Below are positions 24,949-35,675 of a stretch of DNA of 64,000 bases, in pieces. The first letter of the stretch is position 1. Each line of letters opens with the position of its first letter. The notes under the pieces were generated by a model, which ran no database searches, was not told the DNA's origin, and saw only the letters and a list, made by a program, of their open reading frames with translations. This stretch comes from Mobula hypostoma (taxonomy: Eukaryota), in contig NC_086097.1 in assembly GCF_963921235.1 (NCBI RefSeq), forward strand, positions 39,000,001-39,064,000, given 5' to 3'. Position numbers and translations under genes: made by a program.

Positions 24949-26829
24949 AACCAGAAAGCAGCTTCAGAAACATTTTTAGTGAAAGCAAGAGGGCTTTCGT
25001 GTTCCTGTTGAATGTGCACTTTTCACACATTGAAATGGTTCTATTTTTACAAACAGGAACAAATCTCTGTTTATTTATATATGCTACAAGTTAATATTGG
25101 ATTCTAAATTCTGCAATTACAGGTTGGTTTCTGCAGTAGCTATGGATAACATTTACACTAAAATCACTGCAGCTAATCTTGCACTTCTGTACAGTAGAAT
25201 CCAATAAGCATTTAACACTATCACTGTATGGAAAATGTCATTAATTGTAAAGATGTGGTGCATATCAAATATGTTTCTAAATTTGTAATCAAGTGTACAG
25301 TGTTAATTAATACACCTACAAATCACTATTTAATGCTAAGTTTCTATATCATTGGAGGCTGGGAGAGGGAAGAATATAATTGGTAAAGTGCCTTGGCTGG
25401 CAGAGTTGAATCAATGTTTATTTTGTATTAGTCCTCCAATATGAAAATGTTTATCTCTCCAATTGTGTATTGTACAGTGTTAATTTTCTCCTAGTTGTAA
25501 ATTATTTCATTAGCTTGAAGGCTGAACTTAAAATTCTACATTTACACATTGTGTTTAAAATGTTACCAAGGCATGATCAAGATCCCTGCAAGAAAAATAT
25601 TTTTGTTACAGATTCTGATACATACACAGTTGTCTTAAAGAAGCATTGATAAATGTATATTCCATATTTTTGAGCATACAAACATATAATCTTGTTTTAC
25701 CTACATATTTGTGAAATAATAACACTCAAATTCATTTGTGTAATTGTACAGTCAGTTGACAATAGTGCCAGTGCTCTTGTACAGGCAAAAGTATGTGCTT
25801 CTTGGTAAAATGTTTAAAGGAAGTAAATGACTTTATTTGTTTAAATCCAGTATTATTGATTATTTTTTGGTAAATTATTCAAATGTTTATCTGCATTTCT
25901 ACCTTGATTTGCTATAATAGAATTCAGTACAATTTCTTATCCTTATCTATGGTTGCAGTCACAACTCAGTCTATTATCACCATGGTGAGACTAAATACCT
26001 TTATATTCATACTTCTGTTGAATGGTAAGTAGTCATACAATGTCTAAGGTGAAATACACAGCTTCAGCAGTTCTGAAAGATCGGTCACAAAATGCTCTGC
26101 ACTATACCTCAGTCACTCATATTTTGAGGATTTTTATTTAGGTACATTTATGATAAGAATTGATCACTTTTTTTAAAGTTCAGCAGGCAAAAAAAAACAC
26201 CATCATAAGTATGTGGGCAGTAGTATAAATATAAAGCCAAGAAATATCTAGACTTGTGATAATTAGTTTTTGCTTAATGGCAGATGTGGAACTGCTCCAT
26301 TTGGAAGGTTGTTCTATTAATGTCTCATGAATTCTTTCCCAAAGGGCAGGTGGGTAAAATACTTGGAATTGGTATTCTCAGTGAATAAGCTGCACTATAA
26401 AGCTGCAATTGTGCTGCTTCATGACACCACTTAATACGAATATGGTTCATGTATTTATGGCAATCAAAAGTATTGCATATGCTGGGAATTTAAATTAGTA
26501 AATGCTGGAAGTACTTAGCAGGTCAGAGCAACCTTTCCCTTCTCATAGCTGCTGATTGTTTTCAGCATTTTCTGTTGGTAATCATCTGCATTAATGGTAT
26601 TTCAACAATAATTTTTTTTAACTCTTTCATTGCCAACAATGTATATAACTAGGAACCCAGGAAAGAGGCTAGATAGAAAGTGAAAAAGTTAGTTCAAAAG
26701 ACAGCTTTATATACAAGAATCGGGCTGAATGTATAGAAAAATACAGATGAGATGTCAGTTAAAAACTGACCAGACAACGCAAGTAAAAAGAATGGGGATT
26801 AGCAAGTGTAGAATGGTATTTATAATGGT

Positions 26830-27035
26830 ATTGGGAATTTGAGTTCAATTCTGTTGCTGTCTGTAAAGAGTTTGTACGGTGCCTCATGACCACATGGGTT
26901 TCTGCTGGGTTATCTGGTTTTTTCCCATAGTCCAAAGATGTATCAGTTAGTAGGTTAATTAATCAATGTAAATTGTCCTGTGATTAGGGTAATGTTCAAT
27001 AGGTGAGCTGAAAGGGCGCACGCTGTAACTCTTAT
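26830..27035 (+). mobile_element. V-SINE/HE1-like SINE; a second copy lies on the minus strand at about 35805-36050
   Basis: Box B gagttcaattc and the central gggtttc..ctggttt..cccatagtccaaagatg..ttagtaggttaatt motif. Confidence 0.65.
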
Positions 27036-27779
27036 TTTAAAAAAAATTATTTATTTTCACAGAAATTTAAAGGATTTTGAAATGTGCATAACAATAAACA
27101 AGTTGTCAGAAGAGTAGTGGGGTTCATTAAGGACCAAACTGGGAATCTATTAGTGGGGACAGAATTTGAGGCTAAATGTACATTTTGGGTCCATGTTCAT
27201 CAAGAGAGTATTGACAAAGCTGACAATGGCAGGCAACTCAATTTAATATTGGCTACAGTGAGAATTCTGAAAGCAATAATCCAGATGACAATTTTGCAAG
27301 TATGATTAATGAAGGAGAGCACTCCTGCATTTGTCATAAGGAAATGGTGCTTGACCGTCATGATGGTTTTTTACAGCATGGGCACAAACTTGTCTGAGCC
27401 AAGTAAACCATTGTAGCAAATATGTTTTTGTTTAGTATTGAAAGAATAGGTTCTGTCCTGAAACATACTGTAGGTTTTTTTTAAATTTCACTAATTTAGA
27501 TTTAGGATTATGGAACAAATTTTTGAAACTTACAGATGAGACCAATGTTGCTAAGTCTGTAATGTTCGGTAAGACTGGCTGTTGGAATAGTACAACGGAT
27601 GACAGATATACTTCAATATGGAAAATTGCATGTGGTACCACAATGTACTCAGGCTGCCAACCTTTTCCAAATGGGATTGATAAATAGTCCAATTACAGCG
27701 TGATACATCACAGACTGCAAAGGCTTTAAGGATTAAAACACCATGCGCAAGACTATCAAGGATTGACATCATTGAGGAC

Positions 27780-28580
27780 AAGTGGCGTGTGCCAGGATTC
27801 CTGATCATAGCAGAAAAAGTTGCAGCAAATTGATTTATTTCCCAGAAATCTAATCACTGGTATTTGCTGCTGCTGGGCATCTAAACGTATGGATTATAAC
27901 GATGTACTTGTTATAATGTGTTTGTTTTTTTCAGTGACTGGAGGCATATCCAGCTCATCGAATGGATGTTGTGACTGATGCTAAACTTTTATTATGAGAA
28001 TTTGTTCCTAGGTTTGTAATCCCTGAGAATGTGATAATTCTCCACACTTTACAAGCAAGGGTGGTTCAAGAGTTGATAAAGGCCCTACTGTGTAAAGCAT
28101 CACTTTACTTGTCTGTACCACTCACAATTTACTGGAGCAATTGAGAAATAGACGGGCTAAATTGTGTGAGGAAACTGAAGTGATTAAAGGCACTTCCACT
28201 GGCTCTCAAGGCAATGCATATGTGAAGGTATTGGGATGTCCCATGCACTTACCAAGTACTCCTCCACTTTCAGTTAACAGATGAGCATCAATACTATGAG
28301 TGAAAGTATGGTACAACATTGTGTGGCACGAACACAAACTCTTAAAGATTTTCCTCAACAGGTGCTTGAGACCCATAGGTGTGACACTTGGCAGCCGTCA
28401 TAACTTATCAGCCAGGAGTCTGGGTACTGGTGAGGTCCTACCACTGGAAGAATTGCTTTGAGCCCGTTTGGGAAGGTCAGTTTCAAGTATTGCTAACCAT
28501 GTACTGCTAATCAAGTACTGCTTTGAAGGTCCATGGAAGACCAACCTGAGTCCATGCATCACATGATAAGCCAGCTGGGC
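27780..28580 (+). mobile_element. Endogenous retrovirus pol (integrase) remnant, gamma/epsilon-like
   Basis: Degenerate peptides DVLVIMCLF..LEAYP...DAKLLL*EFVPRFVIP, LYHSQFTGAIE, KALPLAL, FEPVWEGQFQVLLT and GRPT*VHASHDKP. Confidence 0.8.
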
Positions 28581-30975
28581 GACAAGTCCAGGAAACCAGT
28601 GGCAGTAAGAAACGTGATGACAAGGACTGAATTATTTGATCATTACTGTTTACGGCTTAAGTAATCACTATGAATTATAAGTTCTGGATAGTCTGTATGC
28701 CTTTTTGCTTAATTATAAAACTACCTCGTACACTTACACTGAAGAACAGAGTATATAATGTACAAGGCAGAATGATTCAGATTTATTTATCACTTATACA
28801 TAGTGGCCACTTTATTAGGTACACTTGTACACCTTGTTGATGTAAATATCTAACCAGCCACTCAAGTGTCAGCAACTGTACATAAAAGCATGCAGACATG
28901 GTCAAGAGGTCCAGTTGTTTGAACCAAACATCAGAATAGGGAAGAAATATGATCTAAGTGACTTTGACCGTGGAATGATTGTTAATGCCAAACAACACAC
29001 ATCAAAGTTGCCGGTGAACGCAGCAGGCCAGGCAGCATCTCTAGGAAGAGGTACAGTCGACGTTTCAGGCCGAGACCCTTCGTCGGGACTAACTGAAGGA
29101 AGAGTGAGTAAGGGATTTGAAAGTTGGAGGGGGAGGGGGAGATCCAAAATGATAGGAGAAGACAGGAGGGGGAGGGATAGAGCCAAGAGCTGGACAGGTG
29201 ATAGGCAAAAGGGGATACGAGAGGATCATGGGACAGGAGGTCCGGGAAGAAAGACAAGGGGGGGGGGGACTCAGAGGATGGGCAAGAGGTATATTCAGAG
29301 GGGCTGAGGGAGAAAAAGGAGAGTGAGAGAAAGAATGTGTGCATAAAAATGAGTAACAGATGGGGTACGAGGGGGAGGTGGGGCCTTAGCGGAAGTTAGA
29401 GAAGTCGATGTTCATGCCATCAGGTTGGAGGCTACCCAGACGGAATATAAGGTGTTTTCCTCCAACCTGAGTGTGGCTTCATCTTTACAGTAGAGGAGGC
29501 TGTGGATAGACATGTCAGAATGGGAATGGGATGTGGAATTAAAATGTGTGGCCACTGGGAGATCCTGCTTTCTCTGGCGGACAGAGCGTAGATGTTCAGA
29601 AAAGCGGTCTCCCAGTCTGCGTCGGGTCTCGCCAATATATAAAAGGCCACATCGGGAGCACCGGACGCAGGATATCACCCCAGTCGACTCACAGGTGAAG
29701 TGTTGCCTCACCTGGAAGGACTGTTTGGGGCCCTGAATGGTGGTAAGGGAGGAAGTGTAAGGGCATGTGTAGCACTTGTTCCGCTTATACGGATAAGTGC
29801 CAGGAGGGAGATCAGTGGGGAGGGATGGGGGGGACGAATGGACAAGGGAGTTGTGTAGGGAGCGATCCCTGCGGAATGCAGAGAGAGGCGGGGAGGGAAA
29901 GATGTGCTTAGTGGTGGGATCCCGTTGGAGGTGGCGGAAGTTACGGAGATAATATGTTGGACCCGGAGGCTAGTGGGGTGGTAGGTGAGGGCCAGGGGAA
30001 CCCTATTCCTAGTGGGGTGGCGGGAGGATGGAGTGAGAGCAGATGTACGTGAAATGGGGGAGATGCGTTTAAGAGCAGAGTTGATAGTGGAGGAAGGGAA
30101 GCCCCTTTCTTTAAAAAATGAAGACATCTCCCTCGTCCTAGAATGAAAAGCCTCATCCTGAGAGCAGATGCGGCGGAGACGGAGGAATTGCGAGAAGGGG
30201 ATGGCGTTTTTGCAAGAGACAGGGTGAGAAGAGGAATAGTCCAGATAGCTGTGAGAGTCAGTAGGCTTATCGTAGACATCAGTGGATAAGCTGTCTCCAG
30301 AGACAGAGACAGAAAGATCTAGAAAGGGGAGGGAGGTGTCGGAAATGGACCAGGTAAACTTGAGGGCAGGGTGAAAGTTGGAGGCAAAGTTAATAAAATC
30401 AACGAGTTCTGCATGCGTGCAGGAAACAGCGCCAATGCAGTCGTCGATGTAGCAAAGGAAAAGTGGGGGACAGGTACCAAAATAGGCATGGAACATAGAT
30501 TGTTCCACAAAGCCAACAAAAAGGCAGGCATAGCTAGGACCCATACGGGTGCCCATAGCTACACCTTTAGTTTGGAGGAAGTGGGAGGACCCAAAGGAGA
30601 AATTATTAAGAGTAAGGACTAATTCCGCTAGATGGAGCAGAGTGATGGTAGAGGGGAATTGGTTAGGTCTGGAATCCAAAAAGAAGCGTAGAACTTTGAG
30701 ACCTTCCTGATGGGGGATGGAAGTATATAAGGACCGGACATCCATGGTGAAAATAAAGCGGTGGGGGCCAGGGAACTTAAAATCATCGAAAAGTTTAAGA
30801 GCGTGAGAAGTGTCACGAACATAGGTCGGAAGGGATTGAACAAGGGGTGATAAAACAGTGTCGAGGTATGCAGAAATGAGTTCGGTGGGGCAGGAGCAAG
30901 CTGAGACAATAGGTCGGCCAGGACAGGCAGGTTTGTGGATCTTGGGTAGGAGATAGAAACGGGAAGTGCGGGGTG

Positions 30976-32058
30976 TGTCCCCCACTTTTCCTTCGCTACA
31001 TCGACGACTGCATTGGCGCTGCTTCCTGCACGCATGCAGAACTCGTTGACTTTATTAACTTTGCCTCCAACTTTCACCCTGCCCTCAAGTTTACCTGGTC
31101 CATTTCCGACACCTCCCTCCCCTTTCTAGATCTTTCTGTCTCTGGAGGCAGCTTATCCACTGATGTCTACTATAAGCCTACTGACTCTCACAGCTATCTG
31201 GACTATTCCTCTTCTCACCCTGTCTCTTGCAAAAACGCCATCCCCTTTTCGCAATTCCTCCGTCTCCGCCGCATCTGCTCTCAGGATGAGGCTTTTCATT
31301 CTAGGACGAGGGAGATGTCTTCCTTTTTTAAAGAAAGGGGCTTCCCTTCCTCCACTATCAACTCTGCTCTTAAACGCATCTCCCCCATTTCACGTACATC
31401 TGCTCTCACTCCATCCTCCCGCCACCCCACTAGGAATAGGGTTCCCCTGGTCCTCACCTACCACCCCACTAGCCTCCGGGTCCAACATATTATTCTCCGT
31501 AACTTCCGCCACCTCCAACGGGATCCCACCACTAAGCACATCTTTCCCTCCCCGCCTCTCTCTGCATTCCGCAGGGATCGCTCCCTACACAACTCCCTTG
31601 TCCATTCGTCCTCCCCATCCCTCCCCACTGATCTCCCTCCTGGCACTTATCCGTGTAAGCGGAACAAGTGCTACACATGCCCTTACACTTCCTCCCTTAC
31701 CACCATTCAGGGCCCCAAACAGTCCTTCCAGGTGAGGCAACACTTCACCTGTGAGTCGACTGGGGTGATGTACTGCGTCCGGTGCTCCCGATGTGGCCTT
31801 TTATATATTGGCGAGACCCGACGCAGACTGGGAGACCACTTTGCTGAACATCTACGCTCTGTCCGCCAGAGAAAGCAGGATCTCCCAGTGGCCACACATT
31901 TTAATTCCACATCCCATTCCCATTCTGACATGTCTATCCACGGCCTCCTCTACTGTAAAGATGAAGCCACACTCAGGTTGGAGGAACAACACCTTATATT
32001 CCGTCTGGGTAGTCCCCAACCTGATGGCATGAACATCGACTTCTCTAACTTCCGCTAA
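30976..32058 (+). pseudogene. 5'-truncated PLE ORF (RT C-terminal half, Cys linker, GIY-YIG), open to its stop codon
   Basis: ORF track 30973..32058, 361 aa with no internal stops. Confidence 0.9.
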
Positions 32059-32344
32059 GGCCCCACCTCCCCCTCGTACCCCATCTGTTACTCATTTTTA
32101 TGCACACATTCTTTCTCTCACTCACCTTTTGTCCCTCTGAATATACCTCTTGCCCATCCTCTGGGTCCCCCCCACCCCTTGTCTTTCTTCCCAGACCTCC
32201 TGTCCCATGATCCTCTCGTATCCCCTTTTGCCTATCACCTGTCCAGCTCTGGCTCTATCTCTCCCCCTCCTGTCTTCTCCTACCATTTTGGATCTCCCCC
32301 TCCCCCTCCAACTTTCAAATCCCTTACTCACTCTTCCTTCAGTT

Positions 32345-32380
32345 AGTCCTGATGAAGCGTCTCGGCCTGAAACGTCGACT
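32345..32380 (+). ncRNA. Minimal type I hammerhead ribozyme motif in the PLE 3' end
   Basis: AGTC-CTGATGA-(AGCGTCTCGGCCT)-GAAA-CGTC-GACT: helix I AGTC/GACT, intact core boxes, GUC cleavage triplet. Helix II is weakened by a G>C change. Confidence 0.65.
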
Positions 32381-33754
32381 GCACCTCTTCCTACAGATGC
32401 TGCTTGGCCTGCTGCGTTCACCAGCAACTTAGATGTGTGTTGCTTGAATTTCCAGCATCTGCAGAATTCCTGTTGTTTGCGTAATATCCAGTGAACGGCA
32501 GTTCTGTGGATGAAAATGCTTTGTTAATGAGAGAGATCAGCAGAGAATGGCCAGACTGGTTCAAGCTGACAGGAAGGTGACAATAATTCAAATACCCACA
32601 CATTTCAACAGTGATGTGCAAAAGAGTATCTCTGAGTGCACATCAAACCTTGAAGTGGATGGGCAACATCAGCAGAAGACCATGGTATACATCAAAACAG
32701 AGTGAAATGTGTCATTTGCAATAACAATCAAGAAGTGTGCCATATATTCTTGTGCCAAAAATCACACCCATGATGTTCAACACAAGCAGCAGCAACAACA
32801 TAACAAAACAACAATAGCCAAACTATCCCCCTACCTATCTTCTACCCCATCACACACACAGATCTCCAACCTCATGTCAGGTGCCTTGGGGGTCCAGACT
32901 CAAGTGCACAAACATCAGCTCTCCAATCTTCAGTCTCTAGCCCAGGCTCCCCGACTTGCTGACTTTGTGCTCCTAACCTCTAGTCTCTGGTCCAGGTTTG
33001 CCATCTACTCACTCTCCTTGTTCAGTCTTCGACCTTCCAGGCTTTCTATCTCTGAATTTGCTGACTTCAGCTTTTGACTTTTCAGTCTTTCTATCTCTGA
33101 ACTCACCGAGTTCTGGATTTCAACCTTCAGCTTTGCCAACCTCACAGACCTCCAGTCCTTGGTGGCCTGGTTTGGGGGTGGGGTGGTGCTGTCACTGGCC
33201 CTTGTGACTCCTGCCTGTACAGACTTCAGACTCGGGACTAACTGAAGAAAGCAAATGAAAATGAGGTGGGAACCGTTCAGATAAATCAGGAAGGGATGGA
33301 GGAAAGTCAATCAGTGGGGTCAAATAAATAAAAGGGGAAAGAAGTCATAGAATACAGTGTAGGTAAGCCCACGGTCACGCTCTTTTGTAGGATGAATATA
33401 GGCATAGACTGTTTTCTAAGCAGGGAAAAAATTCAGAAGTGCAAAGAGAATTGAGAGTCCTCATGTTGGATTCCCAAAACGTTAACTTGCAGGTTAAGTT
33501 GGTGATAAGGAGGCAAATACAATGTTAACGTTCACTTCGAGAGGACTAGAATGTAAAAGCAAGGATGTAATACTGAGGCTTTATGAGGCATTGGACAGAC
33601 CACACTTGGAGTATTGTGAGTACTTTTGGGCCCTTTATCTAAGAAAGGATCTGCTGGAATTGGAGAAGGTTCAGGAGAATGATTCCAGGAATGAAAGGGT
33701 TAAGGTATGAGTAGCATCTGGACCTGTACTCGCTAGAGTTTGGGAGAATGATCT

Positions 33755-34475
33755 TTGGCCACAACCAAAGTCATGGAGAGGTTGTTGTTATCTGGCCTAC
33801 GTGATCCCACATAGGTACCAGCTGCTATCACTCTCCCTATATCCAACTGCGCGAGGCTGCCATCAAAGGACTTTTACGGAATCTGAGCATTTCAGGATAA
33901 TTGTGTCCCGTTGTATGGACCTGTTGGACTAACTCCTGAGAGCGTCAATATGGCCCCAGTGATGGAGAAATTAACTAATGAAATGATAGCATTACACGAT
34001 ACAAGCTGAGCCATTAAAGACATTATAGCTGAAATGGTGGCAATTCCTACTTGAAAATCGATTGGCCGAGAAAGGTGATACTTGTACTATCATTGGCCAG
34101 GAGTTTGCACATATATTCCTCATATATCAGAAAACATTCAGTTGGAAGCCGACAAGGTCAGAAAGATTGGGCAGGAATTACACTGTGTCCTATCTTTCAC
34201 CTTGTGGACCCTTTAACAGACCTCACTTCTTCCTGGGAGATTGTGGCGGCTCCATTATAAAGTGGGTAATGGGAGACTTACTCCTGTTAATTGTGGTATT
34301 TGTTTTAATCTCTTGCCCAAAATCATTCTGTGGAATGAAGGCCCAAAGACCAGCCACCTCCATTATGGTCAAACAGGCCTCCTGCTGCTCTGTGATATTA
34401 AGCCTTTGCCAAGGCTGCTATCGTTCTTTGCTGGATAAAAGTGTGGAAGTTGCAGCAAGGCAAGTGTTAAGATAA
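33755..34475 (+). mobile_element. Endogenous retrovirus env remnant (SU C-terminus plus gamma-type TM)
   Basis: WPQPKSWRGCCYLAYVIP; ISD remnant LENR..LAEKGDTCTIIGQE(C)CTYIP (CX6CC with a frameshift); hydrophobic anchor WVMGDLLLLIVVFVLISC. Confidence 0.8.
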
Positions 34476-34767
34476 TGTGTTGACAGACATAGTTTGTAGA
34501 CATTGTACAGTTACTTAGCTGAACATCGTTATCTAGCAAAACTTGAATCTTGCGAACTTGGCTCTCCTTTGCATGGCTATGCCTTTCAAGCCTAGGAACC
34601 AAGGTAATCAGGCATGTCCAAACAAGTTTAGGATGCTAACAAAAGCCAGGTGGTATTTACAAGCTATTGGATAGTTTGTTTTACTCATTCTCAATTATTA
34701 TTTATCTTCAATGCATTGATTTTATTGGTTATTAACACTTAAAATATGTATTTTGACACTTTTAAAT

Positions 34768-35675
34768 ATAGATGACCTGGATAAGGAAGTAGAAGGGTGG
34801 GTTAGTAAGTTTGCTGATGACACAAAAGTTGGGGGTGTTGTGGTTAGTCTGGAGGATTGTCAGAGGTTACAGCAGGACATCGTTAGGATGCAGAACTGGG
34901 CTGAGAAGTGGCAGGTGGAGTTCAACCCAGATAAGTGTGAAGTGGTTAATTTTGGTAGGTCAAATTTGAAGACAGAATAGAATATTAACGGTAAGATTCT
35001 TGGCAGTTTGGATGATCAGAGAGAACTTGGGGTCCGTCTCCATAGACACTCAAAGCTGCTGCGTGGGATTGAGTTCAAGAGCCGTGAGGTAATGATACAG
35101 CTAAATAAGACTTAAATTAGAACCCACTTGGAGTACTGTGTTCAGTTCTGGTCACCTCACTACAGGAAGGATGTGGATACTATAGACAGAGTGCAGAGGA
35201 GATTTACAAGGATGTTGACTGGATTGGAGAACACACCTTATGAGATTAGGTTGAGTGAACTTGGTCTTTTCTCCTTGGAGCATGGGAGGATGAGAGGTGA
35301 CGTGATAGAGGTGTTTAAGATGGTGTGTGGATTGATCCTGTGGATAGCCAGAGGCTTTTTCCCCAAGACTGAAATGGCTGACATGAGGGGACATAGTTTT
35401 AAGGTGTTTGGAAGTTGGTACGGGGGGATGTCAGAGGATAGGTTTTTCCACACAGAGTGGTGGGTGCATGGAAGGCACTGCCAGTGACAGTGGTAGAGGC
35501 AGATAGAATAGGGTATTTTAAAAGATCCTAGTGTAGGTACGTAGAGCTTAGAAAAATAGAGGGCTATGTGGTCAGGAAATTCTAGGCAGTTTCTAGAGTA
35601 GGTTACATGGTCGGCACAACATTATGGGCTGAAGGGCCTGTAATGTGCCGTAGATTTCTATGTTCCATGTTCTAT
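34768..35675 (+). mobile_element. CR1 3' part (KFADDTK...QFWSPHYRKD)
   Basis: ORFs 34753..34980 and 35128..35487; (ttctatg)-type tail. Confidence 0.88.

Larger units (their letters stand above)
28993..32480. mobile_element. Penelope-like element (Neptune-like), head-to-head inverted duplication: minus arm 28993-30975, plus arm 30976-32480
   Basis: RT motifs (PGRPIVS, MDVRSLYTSIPH, GVAMGT, YIDD), a Cys-rich linker (CKRNKCYTC) and a GIY-YIG endonuclease (GVMYCVRC...LYIGET). Both arms end in the same 3' tail. Confidence 0.93.
28799..32685 (+). mobile_element. Tc1-like element remnant (AGTGGCCACTTTATTAGGTACAC end) split by the PLE; pieces at 28799-28992 and 32481-32685
   Basis: Recognisable fish Tc1 terminal motif and paired-domain coding remnants (DLSDFDRGMIV; RMARLVQADRK). 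Confidence 0.7.

Noticed and set aside
24949..26300. TOGARAM1 polyadenylation site
   Set aside because: I found no clear AATAAA in the presumptive 3'UTR, so the transcript end cannot be placed.
29708..30985. 425-aa minus-strand ORF as an autonomous PLE
   Set aside because: 5'-truncated, starts across the inversion junction and frameshifts before the GIY-YIG domain.
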